From: the human T2T-CHM13v2.0 reference genome, Homo sapiens
Strand: one strand, 5' to 3'
Assembly (NCBI RefSeq): GCF_009914755.1
Contig: NC_060937.1
DNA length: 64,000 bases
Numbering within the stretch: the first letter of the stretch is position 1; each line of letters begins with the position of its first letter. The notes under the pieces are model-generated. The model ran no database searches and was not told the origin of the DNA. It saw nothing but the letters and a program-made list of their open reading frames with translations. This document shows positions 24,908-40,212 of this stretch, in pieces. The translations under genes were made by a program, and so were the position numbers.

Positions 24908-27251
24908 TTCCCTCCTCTTGTTCAAGAAAGAAGAGACATTCCTTTTCTCTTTGAACAAGATAAGTCCATGTTTCATCTGGTGGAGGATGTGTGCTGGATG
25001 GTACAAGTAGTCGGGAATTTAATGAGGGGAATGTCTACGAAAAAGAGAAGAAAAACAAAGATTTATAGTTGGAAACACAGTTTCCGAATCCAGAGGGCAG
25101 TCTGTTGAGAAGATTTCTGGATTTTGGGCTCAAGGTATCTTCAGCCGATGGGGCAAGGATGGATTTCCTAGTTTGCAGGGGGTGTGTCCTTGGTGACATC
25201 ATGACCATCAGAGCCACAGTCATGGTTATGCTGGGGGCAGAGCGTGGATGTGTCCAGCTTCAGCCTTTCCAGATGGTCCCACGGAAGGCCTGAGTTGTCA
25301 GGCTTTAGTTCTCACTAACACCCAGTCAGGAGGGCAGAAGAAAGACTGGAAATGTTAGCCTGGGAACATTGAAGGACTCTAAAAGGCTTCAGGATCCAGT
25401 CCAGTTTACAGGTAGATAACAAAGTAGAAAGTAAGGTGGAGTTTATCAAAAGATAAAAAAAAGTAGAATACACAGGGTTATAACTCACAAGGGTGTGCTA
25501 CCATTTTTCATTAAAACATAAAATATGGCTCTATGGTCACCCTCTTTTTTTGATCAAGATAACCAAAGTAATGCTATTCTTGTCTCAAAAATATATCACA
25601 TCTTACAAGATTTGGTCTGATTATTTACATAAGTGCAGCAAGAATGGTAATGGACCACATAAACTGAGTTTTCTCTGCTGGAGCTTTTTACAAGGAATCT
25701 CAGATTAGATTTTTTAAAAGCTTTTTGAGGCTAGGAAGCCCAGCCAAAAACTCACCATCAGACTTCACATGTGGTACCTAAAGACTTGGGTGAATTTCTC
25801 TCTTCCGAAGGTCTCGAGGTTCCCAAAGTTCCTGGATCTGCCAGCAAATGACCTTCTTCACTCACCTGTGGGATGGGGACCCGGTGAGCCAGGTAGCAGG
25901 TCAGTTTCTCCAGCTCCATCAAATCAACCTCAGTTTTTAAAAACTGTCTGGTCACCTCTGATTCTATGTATCAATCTCAAATATGACATTCCAGTCAAAG
26001 CCTTGGTAATATGACCAATGTTTCCAATCGTGTCCTGTTGCAAGGAGAATCAATTTTTATTAAACTTACGCAAACAATTGTATGGTCCTGAAAATCATAA
26101 TATCCAAATTCTAGAGTAATCAGGTGGGACAAAAAATATAAATGCTTCATTTTTGTTTATGAAAGTGTAATTACCAAATTGTTGTCCGTTATGCGTAGCC
26201 TAAGAGAAACCGGAAGCAGAGAGTTCTTTAAATCTGGAAAACAAAACATTAAAAAACCAGAAACATTTCCAAGAAAATTCAGAAAAATTATAATCGTCCC
26301 CACATTGAGTCCCACATCATTAATTCTTGTTCTACTTGATCTTGGGTTAGCAGGTTTACAAATCCGTCAATGTCTCCCTGAGTTCTGGAAAAGTCCAGTC
26401 TAATAGTGCAATCTTAGAGGCGTCAGAAACCTTACTCCAGAGTACTTGGCAGAGTCTTACCTAAAAATCTCCTTGAAGACAAAGAATTTTTGGACTGTAG
26501 CTGATTGCAAAAGCTTTCAAAAAAGCATCAGAGTAAAACAATAATTGTCTTGAATGACAAAAGACATAAAATGCATAAAATGGCCATGGTTAAAAATCTG
26601 ATGAGAGTTCATTATGCTGCAATTGACAAGGAAATTTGGTTGTTTCTGTGACATACAACATTACAAGACAATAACGGAAATTAGGACTCATAACTTTATA
26701 CCAGGACATATCATGGACAGTAAGGACAGTGAAAATTTCTAGGAATTTAATACAATTTCTGAAACACTTATAACATATATGCATACAAATATAAAGAAGG
26801 TTAAACATCCCTTATTTGACAATGCTTTTTACGAATTTAATGTATCAAATAAAGCTAATTAGTTTAACATCTTTCTTTTCACCAAGTGAGAGAACAAATC
26901 CTTTGAGATTTTCTAGTGGCCCTCTGGGAAATCTCAAAATTAGTTTGAGGTCAAAATTCTTCATTTAGAATTTTACTTGGATGAAGTTGTCAAAAATTAT
27001 AAAAGTTTTGAATATTTGGTTAAATAGGATCATAAGTTACTATGAAATGGTAGCTATCCATTTAAGTTAAATGACAGTAAAGAATTTTTAAAGAAAATAT
27101 AGGAAGTAGCATGGTTTTTAAAACAATTTAGCTCTTTTAATATTGAGGAGACTCAGTTTTCTTAAGTAATCAAAAACATGATAAAGAAAACATGAAACAC
27201 AGGAAATATTTGATAAGACACAGAATCTTTGTTTCCTAGTAAGACTACTCA

Positions 27252-27595
<344 letters not shown>

Positions 27596-28375
27596 CCAGA
27601 CCAATAATTCAACAAAACTTTGGCCTTTTAGCAGACAGAGAAAATCAAACTCCAGTACTGCATTGCTACACTCTTGATACTAAAGCTCATCTATAAAATC
27701 TTATAATAAAATTCATTTACTGCTAGTGTATCTTCACCACATAAGATTTTTCTCTCTCTTTTTTTCTCAGAGACTCGTTACATCTTTCCATACTAATTTA
27801 CGCATTTTGTCCGGTTTTTTCTCTTCCTGAAAAAACAAATTTTAAACCACTGTAGGACAAAATTACTCACTTTTTTCGTCAACAAAAACACATTCTTCAT
27901 ATCACATAAGCTTTCTTATCAAAAACAGATCTTACTTTCCTTTATACTTTGCACAGGAAGTTGTTTTTCTTCACCCTCATTATTTCCAATAGTTTTAATT
28001 ACACATGTTGATTATGTTGATTACAATGTTCAACAGAGAAAACTAGGAGTAGACAGTTGTGAATTGTGTCACATATAGCATTCTGTAACAAAGTAGCAAA
28101 TTGTATGACTATACCATCTTACAATTTTTAGAGATATATTTATCTACAGCATAATTTTTCAAGGTGGCAAAAACAACTTTTGTTAACAGACTCAAATACA
28201 TTTAGTCTCTCTGTATCATATAAAATAAGAAAACTTTGCTTAGTACTGAGTGTTTCAATAGCTTATCTTATTTAAAAATTATTAATGAAACTCTTGTTTT
28301 ACTTAACTGATCATGACGCCAGGGTGATGAGTCACCAAAAAGATGTTTAGAAACTGTTTTTAAAAGGCAAACACA

Positions 28376-28680
28376 GGTTGGGTGCAGTGGCTCATACCTC
28401 TAATCCCAGCACTTTGGGAGGTTAAAGCTGGTGGATCACTTGAGCCCAGGAATTTAAAACCAGCCTGGGAAATATGGTGAAACCCCATCTCTACCAAAAA
28501 AAATGCAGAAATTAGCAGGGTGTGGTGGCATGTGTCTATAGTTCTGGCTGCTTGGGAGGCTCAGATGGGAGGATCACCTGAGCCCAAGAGGTCGAGGCTG
28601 CAGTGAGTCATGATCACACCCCTGCACTCCAGCCTGGCTGACAGAATGAGACCCTGTCCCCCAAAAAAAAAAAAAAAAAA
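28376..28680 (+). mobile_element. Alu (AluJ)
   Basis: J diagnostics (ttgagcccagg, gaggctgcagtgag). Degenerate TSD aaaaggcaaacaca / aaaatgcagacacg. Confidence 0.92.
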
Positions 28681-29411
28681 TGCAGACACGCTATTGTAAC
28701 TGCCCAAGGGGTTCACTTGCCCCCTGCCCAGGCAGAGCCAATTCTTCAAGACAGGGGAACTGCGATAGAGAAAGAGTAATTCACGCAGAGCCAGCTGTGC
28801 AGGAGACCAGAGTTTTATTATTACTCAAATCAGTCTCCCCAGGCATTCGGGAAACAGAGTTTTTACGGATAACTTTGTGGGTGGAGGGAAGCCAGTGAGG
28901 CAAGAGTGCTGACTGATCAGGGATGAAATCACAGGGAGTCAAAGCTGTCTTTTTGCACTGAGTCAGTTCCCGGGTGGGGGCCACAAGATCAGATGAGCCA
29001 CTTTATCCATCTGGGTGGTGCCGGCTGATCCATCAAGGGCAGGATCTGCAAAATATCTCAAGCACTGATCTTAGGAGCAGTTTAGAGAAGGTCAGAATCT
29101 TGTGGCCTCCAGCTGCATAACTCTAAACCATATAATTTCTAATCTTGGGGCTAATGTTAGCCCTACAAAAGCAATCTAGACCCCAGGCAAGAAGGAGGAC
29201 TGCTTTGGGAAAGAGCTGTTACCGTCTTTGTTTAAACTATAAACTAGGTTTCTCCCAAGGTTAGTTCAGCCTACGCCCAGGAGTAAACAAGGACAGATTG
29301 GATGTTAGAAGCAAGAGGGAGTCAGTTAAGCTGGAGCTCTTTCACTGTCTCAGTCATAATCTTGCAAACGTGGTTTCAATCTCTCCCTTTGGGTTTTATA
29401 GCACCTTAATC

Positions 29412-29566
29412 TTTTTTGTTGTTTTGTTTTGTTTTGTTTTTGACAGAGTCTCACTCTGTTGCCAGACTGGAGTGCAGAGGCGCCTCTCGATTTCTTGACC
29501 TCATGGTCCGCCCGCCTCAGCCTCCCAAAGTGCTGGGACTACAGGCATGAGCCACCGTGCCTGGCC
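29412..29566 (-). mobile_element. Internally deleted Alu (AluSc-like)
   Basis: Both Alu ends present, middle missing. TSD ata(g/a)caccttaatctt. Confidence 0.85.
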
Positions 29567-29874
29567 AATAACACCTTAATCTTCAGGTGCAGGCTGTGAA
29601 GATGGGAAAAGGCTGTCAATGCTCTGGCTTCTTCCCACTGACAGGGGACGTAGTGGGAATGGGAATGAACCCCAAGGTGAGAACAGTGGAACCGTTTTGC
29701 AACTATCTGGGCGACACATGCAGGCCTGGCTGGGCTTCCAAGGCTTGTGTGGTAAAAACATTATTACCTTTATCTATAGTTTTAGTACAGTATTTAAGTA
29801 AACAGCATACTATAGGTAAATAATGAGTCCTAGGATAAGGAGCACAATTTTTAATTTTAAAAGCAAAGATTTGA

Positions 29875-30405
<531 letters not shown>

Positions 30406-33400
30406 TCATAAAGAATTTATAATTTAGTCTAAACTGCCCAAAAAAACCTTAAGAAGCACTAACAGCAATGTACTATAGGTTTTTTGGAAGCATAATTTTT
30501 CTCTCTCCAGTCCCTATTTTTTAAAGAAAAACAAATCATGATAGAAATTATTTACAGTTTACAAAATAAACTTTACTCTTATAGTACTTGGCTTGATTAT
30601 TTGCATGAAGTACAACTAGAATAATTATTTTTCACTTAGATTTTAATGGGCTTTGATGGAACTTTGTTCCATGAAGAATTTTAGATAAGACTTTTTAAAA
30701 GCCGAGCCCAGCCATGGATTTGTAAGCTTAAATACCTATGAGTTGAGCAAATTCCTCTTTTCTTGAGGTCCCAAGATATCTTGCAGTTCCTGGGCCTGTT
30801 AGAAAGTGACATTTTTTATTTAGCACAGGTCAGGAACCTTGTACAGGGACTCTGTGTGGACAAGGCATGAGGCCAGATTTCCCAACGGGCTTTAATTGGC
30901 TTTATAAGTTAACTTTGATTCTTTAAAGAAGCATGCCAGTCCAGTTAAAGCCTTGGTAAAATGACCAATTTCTCCAATTTTGTCCTGTTACAAAAGAAAA
31001 CAGATTTTTATTGCACTTATGCAATTAACTATACTGCCATAAATTGAGAATACTTAGAAATAGTTTTCAAATTTTGGAGAAATCAGGTAGAGAGAAACAA
31101 ATATGTTGTAAATTTTGTTCACAGGAGTATATTTTACTCACTTGTTAAAAGTTGCAAATAGCTTTAAAGAAATAAGTTATCTTGACTTGGAAAACAAAAG
31201 GTTTAGCAATGTTTAATACATTAGTTTTCTATAAGAGTTCTAAAGTTTGGGTTTTTTCTTTATTCCAATAACATAATTTTTAAAGTTATCTGAGACCTAT
31301 ACTTAGAGTTTTATATTTGATTATAAACTGCCTTTTGAAAAGGACTAAAGCAAGACAAAATGTTTGTGGATGACAAAAGAATTAGTATAGCCACTATTAA
31401 AGACACAGTTGACAAGGAAATTTGTTACCTCTGTATCACACAGTCATTTAACATAATAATTAAAATTATTACTGATAACATATACTAAGTTATATTAGAA
31501 TTATAGGAGTTTTACATAATTTTGGAACATATATTAATAACACATTTACACAAATATAGCCCAAAGAAAGCCAAACACCATTTTGTATTTGACAATGTTT
31601 CCTGTATGGTTTTTATACCAAATAAGCCAAATGTCATTTCTGGACTTTAAAGGACCTAATATTTAAATATTAGGTTAGAAATAGACAAAATTTATAATTT
31701 GATTTTGGAACGTTTGTCAAATAGCAAAGGTTTAAAACACTGGATATCACAAAATAGAATCCCATGTCATTATAATAAGTCATTTATTTAGCCAAAATGA
31801 TAACTTCAAAATCTTAAAAGAAAAACCTTTACTCTGATAGAGGACACTTAGCTTTCCAAACAAGACCCAATAAAGACAGCATGAGGCTAACTGACCTTGT
31901 CTCTTCTCTCTCCTCCCTTTTTTCCCTGTCATTTACCCAAAGGAGAAAACAAAACTCTTTCATTATATTTTAACATTACATAAAATTTGTCTTCAAAAGA
32001 GAAAACCAAATTTCATGTATGTATTGGTGCATTTTTAATGTTGAAGCTAGTTTATCAAATAAAATTTTATATCTCTATCAGGTTTTAATTAGTTTGACCA
32101 TAAGGTAAGATTTTTATAAACTTTTAGAAACCTTTACAATTTTCCATCAAAGAGCAGATTAATTTTCTAAGAAAACCCTATTATTCGGACACATGGGCCC
32201 AAATTCTGGCCCCACATCAGTATGATTTTAATATTTTAGCCTACAGAAAAAAGCTAATTAAATCTCAGCCAACTTGTTTAAACCCACAGAATTTTGTATA
32301 AGATTAACCCTTTACAAACCCTTTTCACTTTGCTTAAACCTTTAGTTTTGTCCCATTACTCTTTTAGGTTAAGACAATCTTTAAAACTCTCTGAACTAGA
32401 CAAAATTGCATTCCCTTTAACAAAAGCCATATTCCTATGCCTTCTTATAATCTTCTACCAAAAACACGTTCCCTACACATCTTGTATATAAAACTGTTTC
32501 TCCAGTAATCTTAATTTTATGTTATAATGTTAATTCTTAGCAACTTTTATTTTTAGTGAAAAACCTGGTAAGTAAGCTATTTTAATTATGTACTAGGGGT
32601 GCAGCCTAGGACATGAGACACAAATGAAGATAAGGTCTGACTCTTTTCAGCATAGCTAGCGGCATGCCTCTCCACATGTCTCCAGGCCTTATCTATAATC
32701 TAATGCTTCAAAGTAGGTAAATTGAACAATTTTTAAAAGTCAAGGAAATAGTTTGACCTTAAAACATTTAGCAAATCTGATATTTGACCTTAATTTAGAC
32801 CAAATGTCTACATTTTTAAAATATTTTATTTTACTAATAATTTTTAAAACTGCTTTTATTTCTAAAAGATTACTGGTCACGTGAACAAAAATGCATTAAA
32901 GTTTCTACTTTTCTGACAAAACATTTGATTTAAGTGCTTATTTTTTAAGTCAATTAATCAGAGTGCTTTTATATATAAACAAGCATACAACACATATAAA
33001 TAGACAGACAAAAGATTCAGCACTTGTAAGATTTTTCATTGGCCAGTTTTTTAATTGGATGACTGGCTTCAGGGTGGAGCCCTTGGAGGAACGGAGCTGG
33101 GAAAGCATGAAACTTCTAGGGCCTAATAAGCAGGCAGAGCTGGATGGCAAAGACAGATCCCTAAAATTAAGGGTGCCATTTTATACTGAACACTGGATCC
33201 CCAAAAGGAGAAAAGTACTACGGGAGAAGACAGTGCAATGCTTCTACTGCGCATTTTATTGCGAGGCAACCCAAAGCCAGTCAGCCCATGTTGTAATTAG
33301 ACCATCCCCCATGGGAGTCCCATCTGTCAGTGGGGGTGGGGATGTTTCCCTATCTTCCAGATGCCCAAGAGCATGCATCTCTGATCCAAGTAGGCAAAGA

Positions 33401-36400
33401 GTCAAGTATTCCTCCTTAACTACTATTAGCCACCCCTTAAAGTAGATTTCCTACCTAGTTATTACACACCAAAGCTTTTTTATACTGCGAAGTAGTTTCT
33501 GATACCCCCAAAACTCAAAACTGTCAGATGACACAATGCAAAACAGAACATAGCCTTTTATTTTGAGAGGGATTTATCCACTTTTAATTCCTGGGGTTTC
33601 ATGAGGAAAACAGAGTCTTTTTTTGTTTGTTTTTTGGTGTTTGTTTGCAAAACAGAGTCTGTGGTGCCTCCTCTGTTTTTCCCAAGGAGTCCCCGGCTAC
33701 CAGAAGTTATCTTAGGGCCTCTCATGTGTGCCTTAAGGGTGACGAGACAAAAAAAAATGGAGACAAATAGTACAGTTGACTGAGAAGAAAAATAAACTTT
33801 TTCCAGAAAAACAAGATCCAAGAAGAGAAAAACATAAAGGCCTTTTAAATACATCTATACCTTGTTTATCCACTTTTAATTAACCTGACTTTTAACCATG
33901 GTGCTCTTTAAAAAAGAAATCCCTTCAAATCTCTTATTACCTGACTTTAGCCAGGCCAAGTGGCTAATATTTTTAGCTTCTGAACTTTACCAAAGGTAAC
34001 CTCCTAGGTGTTTCAAAAACATGGTAAGAAGTTTCTTTCTTTACAAGATTTAGAATCTCCACAAGTTCAGAGAAAGGAAAATTCAAGAGAGGAAATCAGA
34101 AGCTATCTATGAGGGAAAAAACCTCAATAAATGGCAAAATTACATAAATAAGAAATCAGAAAGGAATCATTACAGAAACCAAGACTAGAACCCAGGCCAC
34201 CATTGTCAAAAAGCAAAGTCTTAGCTACTGAGTTACAGCATTGAGCAGTTTCTATTGCTCTTTCCAGAAGGAGTCTAGAGAACCAGTTTCAAGCTCGCAA
34301 AGGCTTTTAACTGCTTAAGAAAATGTTTAGGGCTAACTAGGACATGAATCCCCTAATTCCTGTCTTCTAGATGGTGAAACCAAGGGAAAGTAACTGCACA
34401 TGATCACAAGGTTAAGCTCTTAAGGACACAAAACAAGACAGAAAAATTTCATCCAGTATTGGTTTCAGGGACCCACAGCAAAGTTTGTAACTGACCAGCC
34501 TGCCAGTCTGGCTTGAAAAGCAGGCTTGAAAGTGAGTCCTAAACCCACATTCTATCCTGTGATACTTCTTTCTCCATTACAGAACACAGAAAGACAAATT
34601 CTTAGCACAAAATACACCAGATTTGCTACCACCTAAGACTAGTTTCACAAATCCTTTCTCCATTAATTAAACCCTTGCAGAGAGACAAATAGTTTACCAT
34701 TTACTCAGAGAAAGAGAGAGACCAGAAATTTGGCTGGTAAGAATTTCTTATCCTTTTTATCGGCATACCAGGCTTGCGGGCTCCCTTTCTATGCAGATTT
34801 CAGAAGAACGGAGTGGTTTCTGATGACCCTGCTCACTGCACCATAGCTGTGGGGTTCAAGCCACTTTACAAGAGAAAATCACCATTTCCTGTTTTATGGA
34901 ACCATAGGCAAGATTCTTAATTTGCAAGATGCTGCCCAGTGGGCTGCAAGGAGAACGGAATTAACATTTTCTATGCCAGCAAAACACACATAAGAAAACA
35001 AACATTGGTCACCTCGTTCAGCACCCAATGTCAACCTGGCAAAGCTCAAACATTTTCCCATTGGTCCCTGTTTTCTTTGATCCACTCCAGGTGGTGATGG
35101 ACAACCTCTGAATGGTAATTCACAATGAGATCTCTGGGCAAGGCGAAGACAGGCCTATTGAGCCTTCTCTAGGGCTCATCAAATGTGACCAGACAAATAA
35201 GGAGGGTTCTGAGTTAGGCCTGCTGGACTTCCATCAGCAACCCCTTCGGAGATCCCTTCCACATACACAAACACACATTAAGATGAGATGGACAGAAGGC
35301 CTTCCAAATCAGATCCCCAACTAAGAACTCCAAGAGTATCCCTTTCAAACTATCCTCCTATTCTCCATCTGGGAAACCTCCTCAAAATCTTCCTGAGTGA
35401 GAAGTCTCCCAAACCAGGAATCTTCCTACTAGTTAGAAAGAGCCAGCCGAGACCCCCGAGGAGCCAAACAGACACACTACAGTGGGGCTACAGACAGATA
35501 CCCTACCATGGGGCTACAGACAGACACTCTGATAGGGCTACAGTTAAGGGACGTTTCCCCAGACCTACTTCTCCATTGCAATTAAATCCATGCAAATTGG
35601 GTTGGCAGTGCCCCGCCAGTAGAGAGAGTACCAGAGTCAGCCCCTAGTCCAAGAGAACTAGGAAGCTGCTTGGGCTGGCTGGCTTCTGGATCCATTGTTG
35701 AAGGGGGGCCACTGAACCATGGGTGGATATCCAAAAAGGCAGTATTGTACAAGCCCCCAAATTTGTAACCACCCAAGGGGTTCACTTTGCCCCCTGCCTA
35801 GGCAGAGCCAATTCGTCACAACAGGGGAAATGCAATAGAGAAAGAGTAATTCACCCAGAGCCAGCTGTGCAGGAGACCAGAGTTTTTTTATTACTCAAAT
35901 CAGTCTCCCCAAGCATTCGGGAAACAGAGTTTTTAAAGATAACTTGGTGGGTGGGGGGAAGCCAGTGAGCCAGGAGTGCTGATTGGTCAGAGATCAAATC
36001 ATAGGGAGTCAAAGCTGTCTTTTTGCACTAAGTCAGTTCCTGGGTGGGGGCCACAAGATCAGATGAGCCACTTTATCCATCTGGGTGGTGCCAGCTGATC
36101 CATCAAGTGCAGGTTCTGCAAAATATCTCAAGCACTGATCTTAGGAGCAGTTTAGGGAGGGTCAGAATCTGGTAGCCTCCAGCTGCATGACTCCTAAACC
36201 ATAATTTCTAATCTTATGGCTAATGTTAGTCTTACAAAGGCAGTCTAGTCCCCAAGCAAGAAGAAGTTTGCTTTGGGAAAGGGCTGTTACCGTCTTTGTT
36301 TATACTATAAACTATGAACCTTCTCCCATAGTTAGTTCGGCCTATGCTCAGGAATAAGCAAGGACAGCTTGGAGGTTAAAAGCATAATGGAGCCTGTTAA

Positions 36401-37622
36401 ATCTCTTTCACTGTCTCAGTCATAATTTTACAAAGGTGGCTTCACTATAACACCAAATAAAGCTACCATCATCTCCAGTTATTTCCCTGTTAACTATTTT
36501 TAAGTTTATTTGGCTAGTAACCCAAGTAGAATAAAATTATGTCTGCATTATATCTATAGCTGACAATTCCAAAGACAAACTGTCTTTATTTAACAAACAG
36601 TCTCAAACTAGCTTTATATATCAACCATCCTAGTAATGTAAACTTAAAAAACATTTGGGTTAGCTCCTCTGTTTCTGGGAGTCCTGGGAATATTTAATCA
36701 AGCACATCTTTTTTCTCTAAGCCAATTTGAATAGAACTCCTTTAAGGAATTTTATAATTACTTCAGCAATACCATCCAGAGGTAGAAAAATATCACATAT
36801 ATGTAACATAGGTACATACACATACAGACAGACACATGAAAACAGTGATTGTATGGCTTCATTCTTAAATTTCAGCCATGAGTCCGGCAACACAGTAACA
36901 CAAAACTCACTGGTTTATCTCCACTCTATATTTTTATCTGAATTATGTTTCTGATAAAAACGGGATATGTTGAGGTTACCCACTCAATAAGGGCTAAAGA
37001 TTTTTCTTTCTTAACCAGCATTTGTGAAGGGGAGTTTCAAGCCTTTCTTTTCCCCTGATATTATTTAATCTCACAGAGGCTGTGATTGAAGCAGCCATCT
37101 GGATATATCAAAGCCTTCACTGAGTAGATAAAATGCCCCACCTGTTTCCAGTTGGTCTTTTTCCTTTTCAGCCTCAGATCAGGTAGTTGATCTGGGATTG
37201 TCTGGGTCCATAAAGCTCCAGGGACTGTTGGGAGTCAAGGGGCTGAGTGGGAAGAGAAGGGTGTAATGGGGGTGGGGGGAGGAGTGGAGGCCCAGGGGGA
37301 CACATCCAGTGGTGCAAGAGGGCTAACGGAGATTAGATGGTGAGAAGAGAACTCGAGTGCAGAGACTACATCTAGGAGAGAACTCTGGGAGCCAGTGTGG
37401 GGAGATCTGGGCCATGGCCACTCTGTATGGTTTGCAAAGTCACGGCAAAAAGGAGAGGAGCAGAGCCAGTGCCACAGTGGGGCAGGTCAGGAGGGTTTTA
37501 GAAGGGGTTTCAGTAAACGGAAGAACCTTGCCCACGTGCAATTGAGCTCCATTCCTTTTCATGGGCATGTGTTCAAAAAATGGCAGTGTTAGCACAATCC
37601 GAGAGCAGCATTTTTGGCCCTC

Positions 37623-38001
37623 TGTATTAGTCAGTTCTTGCACTGCTATAGAGACATACCTGAGACTGGGTAATTTATGAAGAAAAGAGGTTTAATTGGT
37701 TCACTATTCTGTGAACTGTATAGGCTTCTGCTTCTGGGGAGGCCTCAGGAAACTTACAATCATGGCAGAAGGCAAAGGAGAAGCAAGTACATCTTACATG
37801 GCCAGCAGGAGGAACAGAGAGCGTGGGCAGGTGCTACGCACTTGTAAACAACGAAATCTCAGGAAAACTCACTATCACGAGAACAGCAAGGGGGACGCCA
37901 GCCCCCGTGATTCAGTCACCTCCCACCAGGCTCCTCCTCCAACACTAGGAATTACAATTCAACCTCAGATTTGAGTGGGGACATAAATCCAAACCATATC
38001 A
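37623..38001 (-). mobile_element. MaLR solo LTR (MSTA/THE1-like), inserted into another LTR-like fragment (~37587-38310)
   Basis: tgtattagtcagttctt...aaaccatatca; TSD ccctc / gcctc. Confidence 0.85.
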
Positions 38002-40155
38002 GCCTCTGACATCCAAAGGTGAAGCAGAAGACAGGAAACCCTCACTGCGTGTCCTACATGGACTGGCCAGAGCCTCCATGGCCAGTGGTCTCTCACCAGG
38101 AAGGAATGCTGGGGGTGCTGCACTGTTTAAACCACAAAAGGGAGGAGAGTCTGGTCACAGACTTGGATGATTGGCTCAAGGAGACAAAGGAATAGGTCTT
38201 TCGTTTCTTGTTTTCCAGAGCTGGCTTCTTCTTACTCCTTAGGAAAGCATTCAGGTCACAGTTGTGTAAGGAATGGGTAAGAGAGAAAAAAGGTCAGAGT
38301 TTAGTCCTTACCTCCCAAGATCTGATTTCCTCATCCAAACAGTTGAAACAGGTGACCAAGGTCTTCCCCAGCTTGAAGACCAATTAAGGGATCATTTCTA
38401 AATCACTTTCTCACGAGGAACATTGGGTTTCCTTACTCTCCTTGGTCCTTAATGACTCAGTGGGCACTTCAGGCATTTGCCTCAGAAATTGAGTTGACCA
38501 TGTTTTGTGGCTTTCTTGAGATGTTGGACCTTTAGGGAGAGAGGAGAGCGGTTAACGTGGTCCTAGTGATTGAGAAGGGTGCAGTGCTGTTTTCCCCAAA
38601 TTAACCAGAATGAAGTCTCAGAACTCCACAGGGAACCCTTTCACGGAGGCCAGCGTGTGCACGATGTAAATATCGAGAAAGAGCAGTGGATTCTTACAAT
38701 TACATGGCGTGCGGCACCTTAAAACCGTGAGGCTGAAGTCAGAGGTGACACATGAAGGATATGGCAAAGCCACTCCACTTGACAATGCACTTTAAAAACC
38801 GCACGGATGTTATAAAACCCAAATATTTTACTCCACATGCTTACTGGCTGACTTGCACAATACTTCCATTATAATTACGGGACAGACACAAAATGAAAAG
38901 AATATTTTTAACAAAGCACTTGCACGATGCAGCTGTACCCATTCTTAATGATCATTAATGTCTCATCCAAAGAGAACTGTACTTTGTTTGTTTCGTTTAC
39001 CGAAGGTCAGCATACTGGGAAGCAATTGCCATCACATCTCAGACCTTTTTGCATATTTTCCCGCATTGTTCTGAGCCTGCATGTGCGCAGACGAGTCGAT
39101 TGGTATGCAGATTGTCTGTCATTAAAGCCATTTGGAAATCAGCTTTGTCACTGGTTTAGTGTTGGAACTTCAGATCCTAGAAGCCACCACTGGAAAGCTC
39201 TGTGCACTCTGAAAGGGAAGGTGTGTGGCCCTGCTGAGCCCAACCTCGGGGCTGGAGGAAGAAGCTGACCTTGACCTTGAGCCAAAGCAATGCCCCAGGA
39301 CGCTGAGACGCCACACCTCCAATAAAGAAAAACTGTGAATGGCAGAAGCAGGGAACTACTGGGAAGGGGCTAACAAGGAGAAAGCAGTGCTCAGAACCGC
39401 CACCCACTCTCAGGGTCACTCAGCACAGTCAGCTCCCATCAGTCAGGCAGCCGAGGCCACAGGTCAGGAGGCCACGGGGCCTGTGGACAACCCATATTCC
39501 AGACCTCGGCATTTCACCCACATGACCCCACCTCTTATCTGCAGATGGGACCACCCTGAAATCACTTTGCTTATGAAGGAGGAGAAAGGGGGGTGGCCCA
39601 TCTCTCTGAGTCCTGCCCCTCCTAAAACAGAGCCATGAAGCCAGGTCTTCATGATGCAGCCACAGCATTGCACAATGTTTCCCATTTCCCCAGAACATGT
39701 TTCTAAGCCTCCAGGTGCATGCACTGTGGGCGCCTTTCACGAAGGAGGTCCAAATGCTGCTTTCACAAGAGGAACATGCCCTCTTACTCTGCTTACCTCA
39801 AAGCAGCTGGGTGAGCCCAGTCATCCTTGCGACCGGGATGTCGTCTTGACCTCTCAAGGGGTGATTCTAGGGACCAGGAGGGCAGGCTCAGCTCAGAGCT
39901 CCTGGACAATTGTCCTCCATCCTCACAGCCACCCCGGAGGTGGCTGTTTCTCCGCATTTTCCAGACAAGAAAGCCAAGTCCCAGAGAACTTTCCTGGGGC
40001 CATCTCTCATCACCCGCAGGAGAGACTGGAACTTGGGCAGGGCTCCTTCCTCTAGAGGGGGCTGGTGGGCACCCACAAAACCATATCCATTTAAAGAGAA
40101 AAATATGCAAATTCAATGAACATTGTTAAACTGTAGGGTTTTTATTTCCTTCTAG

Positions 40156-40212
40156 GTTCACCTACTGAAATACCATTCAGTTCAAAACAGGAGGATATGT
40201 CTGAATTATTAG
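40156..40212 (+). CDS. SPACA7: SPACA7 coding exon 2 (57 nt)
   Basis: Acceptor tttatttccttctag| and donor |gtaagg. Encodes (G)SPTEIPFSSKQEDMSELL in frame with exon 1. Confidence 0.92.
   Translation, partial: VHLLKYHSVQNRRICLNY

Noticed and set aside
30980-31130. Alternative donor for the inverted segment at 24359-24494
   Set aside because: Homologous ERV block but far more diverged than 26030-26165, which matches almost perfectly.
35466-35545. Short spaced repeats (ggggctacagacaga) resembling a CRISPR array
   Set aside because: About three degenerate tandem units in the ERV leader. Eukaryotic context, no unique spacers, no cas genes.
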